Origin: Nitrospiraceae bacterium
GTDB lineage: Bacteria; Nitrospirota; Nitrospiria; Nitrospirales; Nitrospiraceae
Direction of reading: 5' to 3'
DNA length: 38,615 nucleotides
Assembly: GCA_046759485.1 (NCBI GenBank)
Contig: JBHICF010000001.1
Span: 1-38,615, forward strand
Shown here: positions 17,033-26,419 of the stretch, in pieces
How the letters are laid out: every line of letters begins with the position of its first letter
How positions within the stretch are numbered: position 1 is the first letter of the stretch
Translations under genes and position numbers: made by a program
Notes under the pieces: generated by a model
What the model was told of the DNA's origin: nothing
The model's input: only the letters and a program-made list of their open reading frames with translations
The model's database searches: none

Positions 17033-17566
17033 TCAAACGGCTCCAGCGACCGCGTTAGCCAGGCTCTTCTCGCGTGCTTTTGCGGCTTGTTCCGGTGTTT
17101 GTGCCTTTTCTCCGACCTCTCGACGATGTCCGCTCGAGTCAACGTGCAGTTTGACCGCGCGCGCATCATCTAGCTGCTGGTCACAAATCAAGCAGAGAAA
17201 CCCGGCCACGCCGTACGGCACGATATTCTGGTCGGCGTCGCTTGCCTCGCCCTTGGCGTCAACTAGCACGAAGGAGCGTCCGCGCTGCGGATGGCTCATC
17301 AAGAACCGGTCGATCTTCGTCTGCGTAACGTCACGATCCTTTGAGTCGAAGGATGCCTGGCCTCGGCGGCGGAGTATTTCCGCCATCCGGCGCGTGTCGA
17401 GCTGGCCACGCGCCGGAAACGGGAATCCCCGAATGTGCATCGGCTCACTCAGGGCGCTGAACTCGATCAAGACGGGCGGAGTCTCCTCGGGAATCCCGTC
17501 GACTACGCGACGTGAGCCACGAACCATCACGAACTGCGGCTGGTGCATCCGGCTGAAAAAATGCAT
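17033..17566 (-). CDS. Hypothetical protein with C-terminal C2H2 (C-x2-C-x12-H-x5-H) zinc finger, 177 aa
   Basis: ATG 17566 has GGGAGG 9 nt upstream. FLCLICDQQLDDARAVKLHVDSSGH lies at about 17126-17194. Confidence 0.7.
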   Translation of the reverse strand: MHFFSRMHQPQFVMVRGSRRVVDGIPEETPPVLIEFSALSEPMHIRGFPFPARGQLDTRRMAEILRRRGQASFDSKDRDVTQTKIDRFLMSHPQRGRSFVLVDAKGEASDADQNIVPYGVAGFLCLICDQQLDDARAVKLHVDSSGHRREVGEKAQTPEQAAKAREKSLANAVAGAV

Positions 17567-17597
17567 GGGGTGAAGCCTCCCTAGTAAGGACTTTGCC

Positions 17598-17635
17598 GAG
17601 ATTAACACGCGGCGCTCGGTAGTCATGTTAATCTC
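17598..17635. promoter_or_regulatory. Perfect 10-bp inverted repeat GAGATTAACA-N18-TGTTAATCTC at the divergent junction. Each arm carries -35-like TTAACA and -10-like GTTAAT on both strands.
   Basis: Arms at 17598-17607 and 17626-17635. ATG 17642 lies 6 nt to the right and the minus-strand RBS/ATG (17581/17566) lies to the left. Confidence 0.5.
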
Positions 17636-17641
17636 AGCCCG

Positions 17642-17911
17642 ATGCCTGAGTGCTCACGAAAGTCTCGGAACTTGCCGAACATCGATCGCCTAGTGCTCGA
17701 GATCGTAAAGGGTGCCCTCGATGAATCTGATGAAGACACCCTGCGCCTTTTGAGGAAGGCCCTCCTTGAGGGCAAGAATCTCGCCGCCGTGCTCCTTGGG
17801 AGCAGGGGCGGAAAGAAGGGCGGGAAGGCTAGGGCGGCGAGGATGACACCGGAGGAGCGATCGCAGGCGGCATTTCTCGCCGCACGAGCACGATGGTCCA
17901 GGAGGAGGTAG
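17642..17911 (+). CDS. Small basic protein (89 aa) with RGGKKGGKARAARMTPEERS..AARARW tail
   Basis: First gene of the + strand island. No SD, so possibly leaderless. Confidence 0.6.
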   Translation: MPECSRKSRNLPNIDRLVLEIVKGALDESDEDTLRLLRKALLEGKNLAAVLLGSRGGKKGGKARAARMTPEERSQAAFLAARARWSRRR

Positions 17912-17914
17912 GAC

Positions 17915-18754
17915 GTGACGGCGCAAGGTATTCAAGGCAATCTCGACCGTGCTCGGGAACGAGCCCTAGATGCAAGCAGAATGCTGAACCAGTTTCAGAA
18001 TAAGGCCCGCCAGCGGCGGTGGGCAAGCTGTATCGACCGGGCGGAGAGAGCGGTTGCGGCTCTCTCGGAGGCCAGGGCACATGCTCAACTCCTGAGCACG
18101 CTGGCGATTCTGGAAAGGGATCGCGATACCGACCTTTCGCCCATGCTGGAGCCTGACGAGCCTAAGCGCTATAGGTTTAACACATCGGATGCTTTGCCGT
18201 GGTCCCCCCGGGTCCGAACCGACCACCTCAGCATCCCGCTTACCGCTGCTCCGGCAGGTACAGTCCATTCCGTGGAGCTGCATGTGCTCATGGAGGGCGA
18301 ACCGCTGAACCAGGCGCTTATCAACCGCATCATCTCTTTCGGCAATTCGAAGCGCTCCGGCGCCTACGAGCATCGGCGGAACTTCGTGTACTGCACCTGG
18401 AAGGACGGACGAGCGAAACTGCGATCGGGCTGGAATGTCGAACATCAGCTGAAAACCACCGACGTCAACAAGCTAGCCTTCGCGGAACGCCCAGAAGAGA
18501 CACTGCTGGAGTTTTTTCAGATCTATAGGTATGGCGCTCACTCCATGGTCGCGGGTGGACGGTCTAAGACCTGCTCAAAGTTCGTTGGCGACCTGCCACC
18601 GGCAGTCGGCAAGCACGGCGTCACGCTGAAGCTCGGCGGGCACGGCGACACGGACAATGAGATCAACGAAAATGAGACCTCCCCGGTCGGCCTTACGTAC
18701 AAGCGCGTCTGGGGCTCGATCCTCTACGCCGCAGACCAAGCACACTCAGACTGA
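17915..18754 (+). CDS. Hypothetical protein (279 aa)
   Basis: GTG start 3 nt after the upstream stop, preceded by AGGAGGAGG. Confidence 0.7.
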   Translation: MTAQGIQGNLDRARERALDASRMLNQFQNKARQRRWASCIDRAERAVAALSEARAHAQLLSTLAILERDRDTDLSPMLEPDEPKRYRFNTSDALPWSPRVRTDHLSIPLTAAPAGTVHSVELHVLMEGEPLNQALINRIISFGNSKRSGAYEHRRNFVYCTWKDGRAKLRSGWNVEHQLKTTDVNKLAFAERPEETLLEFFQIYRYGAHSMVAGGRSKTCSKFVGDLPPAVGKHGVTLKLGGHGDTDNEINENETSPVGLTYKRVWGSILYAADQAHSD

Positions 18755-18768
18755 AAGGAACAAGAAGT

Positions 18769-19428
18769 ATGACGAAGAGCACCGCGGTGGCCGCCATGAT
18801 GTCCTTAATGCTGGCGCTGGCGTCCCATTCAGCACAGTCACAAACGACCGACGAACACGCGACGGAGGGGGCTGCACCCGAACGACTGCCACAGGTCTTA
18901 GTCGTCGACGTGGACGAAGGCATCCAATGTGCCGGGAAGCCTTCGCTCCGCATCTGGGGCAACATGCTGCGCGGCGGCAGGAAGCCACGCCTGAGCGTCG
19001 GCCATCACGAGAACGTACGGGTGTGCAAGGCACGGCGCGGCTGGCTATTAGCGGCTTGTCCCGAGAGCATCTGCGAACACGCCGGAAACTACCTGGTGCG
19101 GGTTGAGAAGGATCCTCGCAGACATTGGCCCGAGGGCTGGTGGTCCGAGGGCTGGCTGACGATTCACCCAGCAGAAACTCCTGAGCCTGGACCTCCTGGT
19201 GAGACGGGACCGCAGGGTCCACCCGGGGCGAGGGGACCTGCCGGACCTTCGGGACCGCAGGGTCCACCGGGACTTCCGGGGCCGCCCCTGTGCACTTCGA
19301 TCGAGATCGACGATGCTTGCACCTGGGACAACCCGTGCTTCTGGATCGGCCATATCGAGGACGGCCAGCTTCACTGTGAGCTAAGGCCAAAAGGTCATTC
19401 GGACGACAGTGACAGTGACAGTGACTGA
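18769..19428 (+). CDS. Secreted collagen-like protein. Signal peptide, Cys-containing N-domain, 11 G-X-Y triplets, Cys-rich C-domain, (DS)n tail.
   Basis: [24 protein letters not shown] signal-like N-terminus. [33 protein letters not shown] at 19189-19287. Confidence 0.85.
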   Translation: MTKSTAVAAMMSLMLALASHSAQSQTTDEHATEGAAPERLPQVLVVDVDEGIQCAGKPSLRIWGNMLRGGRKPRLSVGHHENVRVCKARRGWLLAACPESICEHAGNYLVRVEKDPRRHWPEGWWSEGWLTIHPAETPEPGPPGETGPQGPPGARGPAGPSGPQGPPGLPGPPLCTSIEIDDACTWDNPCFWIGHIEDGQLHCELRPKGHSDDSDSDSD

Positions 19429-19870
19429 AAGAAATTATGCGGAAGGGGTGCTGGGCAGGGTTGTGCCGGCGTTTTCAACGAGGTCGCGCGAGAGACTCTC
19501 GAGCTGCGATCCGCGACTTATCGAACTGTTCGAGCGAGTTGTACAGGGGTGGGACTGTACGATTCTAGAGGGCCACCGCGGCGAGGAAGCACAAAACGAG
19601 GCGGAGAGAACGGGCCGATCGACACTGCGCTGGCCAGAAGGCAAGCATAATAGAAGGCCGTCACGCGCGGTTGACGCCGCTCCGTACCCTATCGACTGGA
19701 GCGACATGGATCGCTGGCGAGCGTTCGGAGGATTCGTGCTCGGCGTCGCCGAGATGATGGATATCCCGATTCGATGGGGAGGTGACTGGGATGGAGATCG
19801 TACATTTCGCGATCAAAACTTTAATGATCTCTCCCACTTTGAGCTGAGCGAAGCGCGAAGTATCAGGTGA
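19409..19870 (+). CDS. Peptidase M15 (VanY / L-Ala-D-Glu peptidase-like) endolysin candidate
   Basis: EGHRG...SRAVDAAP...RWGGDW...DLSHFEL (H-D-H zinc ligand pattern). The exact start is uncertain (GTG 19409, 19415 or 19421). Confidence 0.8.
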   Translation: MTVTVTERNYAEGVLGRVVPAFSTRSRERLSSCDPRLIELFERVVQGWDCTILEGHRGEEAQNEAERTGRSTLRWPEGKHNRRPSRAVDAAPYPIDWSDMDRWRAFGGFVLGVAEMMDIPIRWGGDWDGDRTFRDQNFNDLSHFELSEARSIR

Positions 19871-21011
19871 CCCCGTTGGTGAAGCGGTGATGCGTCCTCT
19901 CCTGGACACGAAAGAACCCTACCTCGCCGCGGAACTCGTCCTTTCGCCCATCGCGGTCGTTAACCTGGATGTTCGTGACGAGCCGATTGTCGCGATTCCG
20001 CATGAAGCGGTATCCGACGTTCGCCGGATCGACCGCGTAGGCATGGCCTCTGTAGATCGCCCCGTCGAAAAGGTCGTGACTCATGATGCGCAATCGACCA
20101 TGCGGCGTAACGAGTCGCGTAATGTCCATGCCAAGCGTCTTGTCCTTCGGCATCAGCTCGAGCTGCGCGTGCGCGTCGGCTGAAATGTTGGCAACGATCC
20201 CCCGCGAAGCAAAAAAGAGCTTGTCCTTTGCCCCGTAACGGAATGTCTTCTCCGAGACCCCGTAGAACGAGATCATGTCAAACGTGCCGCCGAGATCCGT
20301 ATCGTTCGTTACGATGAACGGATCGAGGCCGCCCGTCGAGCGACGCGGCTCGTTGCCCGTCAGGTCCTCGAACGCCTGGCCCCAGAAGAACGAGGACTCG
20401 ATCCGCACAAGCTGATCGATTCCGCCCTTCTTCTGCTGCCACGGCAACTCCTTCGAGCCGTAGAGATCCGACTCCATCAGCGTGTTCGTCACCGCGAAGG
20501 GCCAGCGCTGAATCTGCGTAAAGTTGATCTGAACGGTCTTTTTCGTGGTGATCGACTCTTCGGATAGCGCGCCCTCCTCGGCGGCCCCGCCGAGACTCGA
20601 GATGGTGTCGCCATCGGACATCGCGGCGGCGGTGGTACCACCCCACCCGCGCTCGACCGTAAGGTCGTTGCCTACCTTTGAAACAATTCGACAGACCTCG
20701 TCCGTCTGCTGGTTGCGCCAGAGGACATTCGGGTGCCAATAGCCCCCGTTATCAACGGTGATGGTCGTCGTGACTCCATCCGCAACAGCGCCATCCAGCG
20801 TGTCGCGCTCGGGAACGCGCTCATCCTCGAGTGCCTTGAACTCGGGGTTAAACACGGACCGACGGTTGATCATTGCGCTCATCACCGTCAGCGGCGCCGC
20901 TGACGGCTCAAGCAAGAAGATATCGCGGTGCATGTCGATGACGCGCGACTCTTGCTGTACGCCGCGCGTTGCCGCCGTGGCCCGCTGGCCGGCGATAGTC
21001 GGAACGGTCAT
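19863..21011 (-). CDS. Major capsid protein candidate (382 aa)
   Basis: Follows the scaffold-like gene. AGGAGG lies 10 nt upstream of the ATG. Size fits an HK97-fold capsid protein. Confidence 0.8.
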   Translation of the reverse strand: MTVPTIAGQRATAATRGVQQESRVIDMHRDIFLLEPSAAPLTVMSAMINRRSVFNPEFKALEDERVPERDTLDGAVADGVTTTITVDNGGYWHPNVLWRNQQTDEVCRIVSKVGNDLTVERGWGGTTAAAMSDGDTISSLGGAAEEGALSEESITTKKTVQINFTQIQRWPFAVTNTLMESDLYGSKELPWQQKKGGIDQLVRIESSFFWGQAFEDLTGNEPRRSTGGLDPFIVTNDTDLGGTFDMISFYGVSEKTFRYGAKDKLFFASRGIVANISADAHAQLELMPKDKTLGMDITRLVTPHGRLRIMSHDLFDGAIYRGHAYAVDPANVGYRFMRNRDNRLVTNIQVNDRDGRKDEFRGEVGFFRVQERTHHRFTNGVT

Positions 21012-21034
21012 GGGTTTCTATGCCTCCTGAATTG

Positions 21035-22183
21035 TCACCCCGTCATCCACTCGGGGATGGATCCTCGCCGGGCACGAACGATCTCGTCCACGGTCAACCG
21101 ATCCCCATCCGGGACGGAGGTTGGTGTGTCGCTCGGACCGTGGCGCATTGCCGCGCCGACTGTCGCGAACGTCTCATTGCCCGGAGACGTCGATGGTACG
21201 GCATGACCGTTCTTACGCAGAACCCGCCCCGCAACCACTTCAACCGCTTCGGTAATCGACTGTGGGCTTGCCAGGAAGTAGCGATTGGCCCCCTCTTGGA
21301 AATACTTCCAGAGGTTGCTTTCTTCCTTACGGAAGAAAAACTCTTCCATCACCTTTCCCTTCACCGGGTCACCCGTCGACTCGACCGCTTGAGCGGCGAT
21401 TCTTAGGTTGTGATCGACTCTCTCGGAAAGCTTCGCTTGCTCGTCCGTTTGCTCAATTCGTCCCAGACGCTCTTCGAACCGCTGGACGAGCGGCTGAATG
21501 ACCTTTTCCTCGATCTGACGAGCATGCAGATCGAGGATTTCGGCCTGGTCTTGAGCCTGCTCCTCGGTAAGGTCAAACCGTCTTTGAATTTCCTCGATGA
21601 CGGCATCCGTCGCGGAGTCAAAGGGCTCCACGGAATCGGCGGTCTCGGACGGTGTTTCGGGTGCGGTCAGGGCTCCGAGGAGGGAGCTTTCGGCACGACG
21701 GCGCTCCTCGAGCATGGCGCGCAGCTCGATCGCCTCTCGAGACGGCCGCTCCGGCTCGGAGGTTTCATCTGACGCGGAGGGCTGCGTGTCCGAAAGTGAC
21801 GCGCCGGAAGCAAAGCCGCTCGCCTTATTCACGAGCGCCGTGGCCCACTCCTGCGTACCCGGCCGTGGATCGTCGGTGGTCCCCGGCGCCGATTGGCCGG
21901 ACTGAGCCTCCGGCGTCGAGCTTTCATCTGGGTCGACCGGGGGTCTCGGCGAGAGATCCACTCCACCCTCGGGGACTTCGACCGAATCGCCGACAACGCC
22001 GACCTCCGGCTCAAGACTCTCTTGGGCCGGGCTCTCCGCAGCGGGCTCGGACGGCTCGGGCACGGAAGCGTTGATCATCTCGACCGGCGTATCTGCATTG
22101 GGCGGCTCGGGATTCGGATCAGCGGTGAGGCTTGGAGACGCCTTCATATCCTCGAACAAAGACCCTAGATTTGCTTCAGTCAC
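21035..22183 (-). CDS. Scaffolding protein candidate (382 aa, acidic, P/E/S-rich N-half, helical C-half)
   Basis: Lies between the portal and capsid genes. GTGA overlap with the upstream gene. Confidence 0.7.
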   Translation of the reverse strand: MTEANLGSLFEDMKASPSLTADPNPEPPNADTPVEMINASVPEPSEPAAESPAQESLEPEVGVVGDSVEVPEGGVDLSPRPPVDPDESSTPEAQSGQSAPGTTDDPRPGTQEWATALVNKASGFASGASLSDTQPSASDETSEPERPSREAIELRAMLEERRRAESSLLGALTAPETPSETADSVEPFDSATDAVIEEIQRRFDLTEEQAQDQAEILDLHARQIEEKVIQPLVQRFEERLGRIEQTDEQAKLSERVDHNLRIAAQAVESTGDPVKGKVMEEFFFRKEESNLWKYFQEGANRYFLASPQSITEAVEVVAGRVLRKNGHAVPSTSPGNETFATVGAAMRHGPSDTPTSVPDGDRLTVDEIVRARRGSIPEWMTG

Positions 22184-22452
22184 CCGCCTCTAGCTCCTTC
22201 GATAAGCTCTGCCTCAAGCTGTGCCAGCCAGTATGAAATTTCGGCGACATGCCCCATCCTTCTGGATACTGTAGCACTTCGCTCTGGATCGGTCTCCTGG
22301 TAGAGCAAAATCTCGTGGTTTCGTTTCTGCTCCTCCATCATCCGGATCAGCTCGCGACCGCCCGTCGTCTGCTTCACAGAAGCGAGAAGTCGGGCCCGTC
22401 GCCGCTCCTCGTCGCGGTCATTCGCCTGGCCGTCAAGCATCCTGTCACGCAT
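22180..22452 (-). CDS. Hypothetical helical protein (90 aa)
   Basis: ORF between the portal and scaffold genes, coupled to the scaffold gene. Confidence 0.6.
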   Translation of the reverse strand: MRDRMLDGQANDRDEERRRARLLASVKQTTGGRELIRMMEEQKRNHEILLYQETDPERSATVSRRMGHVAEISYWLAQLEAELIEGARGG

Positions 22453-22461
22453 TTCTTGGCA

Positions 22462-24327
22462 TCAGTTCACCCCACCAAGCTGGTCGCCAAGCTCCGCCGC
22501 GATGGCCTGCCCTTGCGTTTCGGTGCCACTCCCGGGTGTGGCCCCAATCGCTTGAGACTGCTCGGCTTGAGCCTGCGCGGCTAGCGACTGTCGCGCGGAG
22601 TCGCCAAGAATTAATGCCTCTGGATTAGGGGAGAGCTTCGTGCCGCGCGCGTAGTCGATAAACGTCGCCGACATCAATGGATGATCGAGCGGCAATCTGA
22701 GCTGCGCGAGGACGGCCAGGAAGCGCTCAGTTCGCTGAAGGCGCTGAGCGGCCGTTAGCGGCTCGTTACGTGCAAGGTCGATCGTTGCGTCCATATCCAT
22801 GCCCGATCCGGAGACCAGGTCATGGGGATCGACCTTGTGAAATGACTCTCCGGTAAAGGCATCTCCGGCTAGCCGAATGAAACGCTCTTCATCGATGAAG
22901 AGCTCATTAACCCGCATGAGCTGACGCGCTAAATCTCCTAAGAACTGCCAGCCCAGCACCTGAATCATCAATCCAGCCTTCGACCCGGACGCCTCCGCGA
23001 GAACGCTCGCTTCGGTCGCGGTACCACCTCCGGCCGCCAGACCAGAAAACGTATCAGTCGAGCCGGCCTTCTGTGCCCATCGGTCAATCTCCTGACTTTC
23101 CCGGTAGACCGAGAAATCGATCGGATCACGTCGCAACGGCGCGATCGAATTGTGATTGCGTACCCACACGACGCCATTCGGGCTATAGCGAAGATCGTGC
23201 GGATTCACACCCGAGTTCCGAATGACCGTATACATTTGATGAACGGCATACAGCAGGTTGTCCATCCTGGACTCGTGGAGCGTTTGTAGCTCGACCTGCA
23301 TCGAGTAGAGAACTTCGGCGGGCGAGATGCCGTAGATCGAATGAAGGGAAGGGATCGGAGTGAATTCAAGGATTGGCAGGTGCCCAAACGGATTACCGGC
23401 ATTGCGAATCGGCTTCAGCCTAGGATGCTCACGTACGACCGTCACGACACGGTCCCACGTCCACATCTCGAGCAGCGTAACCTCGCGCTTGGTCTGGTCC
23501 GCGGGCAAATTCGACATGCCGTCGAACGTATTGCGCGCGTGCTCCTCGACGGTCTCGGCATTCCCTTCGAACGGCTGTTTCGTATTGCTGTCCTTGACCA
23601 GCTCCTCAAGCTCGCCGAGATTCTTGTATAGCGGCTCACCTTCCAGGCGTGCCGCCTTGAGATCGTCCAGAGTGGCGCTCGTTTCGTGGACGACCCACTG
23701 GCATGGCTTCTCCCCAGTGAAAGAAAGGCTCTTTCCGTCCGGATCAGGGAAGACCTCATCGATATTCAGGACCTCGCACCAAGGATCGTTCCAGATCACC
23801 GAGTCCTCCCACGAAAATCGACTCCGTGTACCCAGGCCAACGTTGAGCCCAAACATGGAGAGACCGAGCCGTCGAGAGCTGCGCACAAGGCGGCGCTGCA
23901 CCGACTTACGGTGCGTCACCTTCATAAACCCCGTACCGTAAATCTCCGCCGATTTGATCATCAGTAGCAGCTTCATCTGCAGCTTCAGCGCCTGCCAGTC
24001 GTATTCGAGAAGGTAGCGATGATGGTTCGCGCGACGTGAATCCCTCTCGCCACCACGGCCCCAGGTTTCGATGACGGGCGTGTTCGCAACCCGAGCAAGG
24101 AAATCCTCCACGGTCGTGAAGATCAGAGGGATCCCGAGGCTCGAAGTTAGAGAGTCCTCGGGGACTTCCATGGCTGTTCTGTAACCGTCGTAGAGGTCTT
24201 TCCATTTATCGCGGTTTTGATCGACCAGCTCGCGCCGTGAGCGCTCGTAGCGATGGAGCACGGACGAAACGGCATCGTCCGCAGCAAGCTCCTTGCCCGG
24301 AACAACGTACAGGCTTGGATTCGGCAC
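22462..24327 (-). CDS. Portal (head-tail connector) protein, 621 aa
   Basis: Immediately downstream of TerL. Size and N-terminal pattern (RYERSR...W..LY.GY) are podovirus-connector-like. Confidence 0.8.
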   Translation of the reverse strand: MPNPSLYVVPGKELAADDAVSSVLHRYERSRRELVDQNRDKWKDLYDGYRTAMEVPEDSLTSSLGIPLIFTTVEDFLARVANTPVIETWGRGGERDSRRANHHRYLLEYDWQALKLQMKLLLMIKSAEIYGTGFMKVTHRKSVQRRLVRSSRRLGLSMFGLNVGLGTRSRFSWEDSVIWNDPWCEVLNIDEVFPDPDGKSLSFTGEKPCQWVVHETSATLDDLKAARLEGEPLYKNLGELEELVKDSNTKQPFEGNAETVEEHARNTFDGMSNLPADQTKREVTLLEMWTWDRVVTVVREHPRLKPIRNAGNPFGHLPILEFTPIPSLHSIYGISPAEVLYSMQVELQTLHESRMDNLLYAVHQMYTVIRNSGVNPHDLRYSPNGVVWVRNHNSIAPLRRDPIDFSVYRESQEIDRWAQKAGSTDTFSGLAAGGGTATEASVLAEASGSKAGLMIQVLGWQFLGDLARQLMRVNELFIDEERFIRLAGDAFTGESFHKVDPHDLVSGSGMDMDATIDLARNEPLTAAQRLQRTERFLAVLAQLRLPLDHPLMSATFIDYARGTKLSPNPEALILGDSARQSLAAQAQAEQSQAIGATPGSGTETQGQAIAAELGDQLGGVN

Positions 24328-24341
24328 GCCCGAAGCTTACC

Positions 24342-25907
24342 TTAATGCGCTCGTCGGCCCATGACGACGCCACCCATGCGACGGTGCGCTGCCGTTCCTT
24401 GACGCCGCATCGCACGCGCTCGGGCATTCTGCATGCCGTAGCGCGTAATATCGTCGTCACGCATCGGGCTCGGCTCGTGAACGGAGTCGACGTGGCAGGG
24501 GTTCATCATGATCAGGTAACGCAGGGCGTCGCAGAGGTCGTCATCCTTCTTGAACGGCCTCTCAGGGGCGACCTGGTCCTTGTAGCGAGTCCGTGCCCAC
24601 TGGTACGAAGAGAGGGCCGAGATCAGCCGTGGGCAATTTCTGGAGATGAACAACTTCGGACGTTCGGTATTTGGACGCAGCGTGGCTCGAAGATAGCTTG
24701 ATACCGACGCGATGCCCGGCAGGACATCCGTATTCGCCAAGTTCGTGAAGACGCCATTCTCAGCATAGAGGTCTTGAATTGTTCGCTCGTCGCCTGGGTC
24801 GGAGTCGTTGCGTACCCGGCGCCTCGAGTCGTGCGAGATCGCCGTATCGGCGATTCGGTCCTGCCCCGAGAGGCGTCGAATCGACTTCGCGTGATCGTCG
24901 TGCACGGTCGAAGGTGCTCCGTGATACTCGCGATATACCCAAAGGTCGTTCTTGCGATTGGCACGTGCCCATAAGCACGCGGTTGGGTGCCGAAACCCGA
25001 TATCGATGGCCGAATAGGTCGTGCCGGTCGGAACAGGATGACTCGCAGGATTAAAGACATGTCCGCCGACGTGCGGCTCGTTCCAGTCGACGTAATCGGG
25101 GGAGAAATCTGGCCAGATCAGGCCCTCGAACTCCTCGAAGCTCGCCTCGTACTCGCGCCGAAAGATGTCCTCGGGAATCTCAGTCTTCTTCGATCGTAGC
25201 CAGTCCCGGTCGACGTAGGGATTCTCTTCCGTACGGCAACGGATACCGGCCCACCCCTTGCCCTTCGTCTCCTCTTCGAGGCGACGGTCAAAGTAGCGCT
25301 TGAACCAGCCACCCCCTCGGGGGGTCGAGATAAACAAGACGCGCCCATGACGGTCAATCGTGCACGGTTCGAGGTATTCCGTCCAAATGTCCTCGGCCAA
25401 GAATGCGCACTCATCAACGACAATAAGGTCAAGCTGCTCTCCCTTAAGTGAGGTTGGGGACTCGGCCGACTTACCGACGATGATGGCGCCGTCACACGTA
25501 CGGATGAAGCGGTTGTCCCGGGTCCAATTGGACTTCTCGATCGATCCGGGTCCGAGCACCTCCTCGATAACCAGCGCCTGCCAGACGATTTGCCATACAC
25601 GATCCGTGGTTTCATACTGAGGTCCAACGATCCATGTACGAGTTTTTGGAAATGATGCCGTATAGATGACCTCCCCGGCTGCGGCAATGGTCTTGCCGCA
25701 GCGCCGGCCCCACGGTGCGGCAAAGTAAATCCACTCCGGGCCGAAATGAAGCGCCGTCTGTCCCGGATGACGATTGACCCCGGCGAGGTAGGGGCGTACG
25801 TCGCCCGGGCGTATCTCCACCTTCCAGTTCGTGAAGATAAACGCCTTCCACTCACGGAGCTGCTCGGGCGTGCCGTAATAAGAAAGGTGCTCCGAGTGAC
25901 CCCTCAT
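24342..25907 (-). CDS. terL: Terminase large subunit
   Basis: Walker A-like GRRCGKT and Walker B-like LIVVDECAF. 521 aa, directly upstream of the portal gene. Confidence 0.9.
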   Translation of the reverse strand: MRGHSEHLSYYGTPEQLREWKAFIFTNWKVEIRPGDVRPYLAGVNRHPGQTALHFGPEWIYFAAPWGRRCGKTIAAAGEVIYTASFPKTRTWIVGPQYETTDRVWQIVWQALVIEEVLGPGSIEKSNWTRDNRFIRTCDGAIIVGKSAESPTSLKGEQLDLIVVDECAFLAEDIWTEYLEPCTIDRHGRVLFISTPRGGGWFKRYFDRRLEEETKGKGWAGIRCRTEENPYVDRDWLRSKKTEIPEDIFRREYEASFEEFEGLIWPDFSPDYVDWNEPHVGGHVFNPASHPVPTGTTYSAIDIGFRHPTACLWARANRKNDLWVYREYHGAPSTVHDDHAKSIRRLSGQDRIADTAISHDSRRRVRNDSDPGDERTIQDLYAENGVFTNLANTDVLPGIASVSSYLRATLRPNTERPKLFISRNCPRLISALSSYQWARTRYKDQVAPERPFKKDDDLCDALRYLIMMNPCHVDSVHEPSPMRDDDITRYGMQNARARAMRRQGTAAHRRMGGVVMGRRAH

Positions 25908-25915
25908 GTGTTCGC

Positions 25916-26410
25916 TCAGCTTACCTTCGGCGCGGGAAGCTCCTCGAACGTTCTTAGGTCCCTCTCATGCTGCATGGAGCGCATGGCGTCCATGAACTCT
26001 TCGATCCTTGATCTCCCGCTCGACTGCCCGTCGCTCTCCAGGTGCTGCGTCTCCTCGCGAAGATCTGACAGCGTCGACGTGATCGATTTCGTCATTCTCG
26101 TAAAGCTGAGCGTCTCGTCATAAGGGATCTCGCGCAGGCGTTGAATTGACTCTTCGATGAGATCAGAGAGGGCTGAGACGCGATCGATGCGCCGGGCGTA
26201 GGGGATTTCAGAGAGGCCGTGTGCGGTTCTCCAGTCCTCCAAGTCGCAGAGGAATTGGCCCGAGGATCGATACTTTCTGAAGCTGCACTGCTCGTACTCG
26301 TGCGCACCCTCATACAGGCGGTAGAACTCTCCGTGCGCGCTTTTGATACTGCGACCGATCAGCAAACCCACGAGGCCGACCCTCTCGCTATCCGTGAGCC
26401 TATCCAGCAC
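25916..26410 (-). CDS. Terminase small subunit candidate (164 aa)
   Basis: Assigned only by position, directly upstream of TerL. Confidence 0.5.
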   Translation of the reverse strand: MLDRLTDSERVGLVGLLIGRSIKSAHGEFYRLYEGAHEYEQCSFRKYRSSGQFLCDLEDWRTAHGLSEIPYARRIDRVSALSDLIEESIQRLREIPYDETLSFTRMTKSITSTLSDLREETQHLESDGQSSGRSRIEEFMDAMRSMQHERDLRTFEELPAPKVS

Positions 26411-26419
26411 GGCTAGTGC

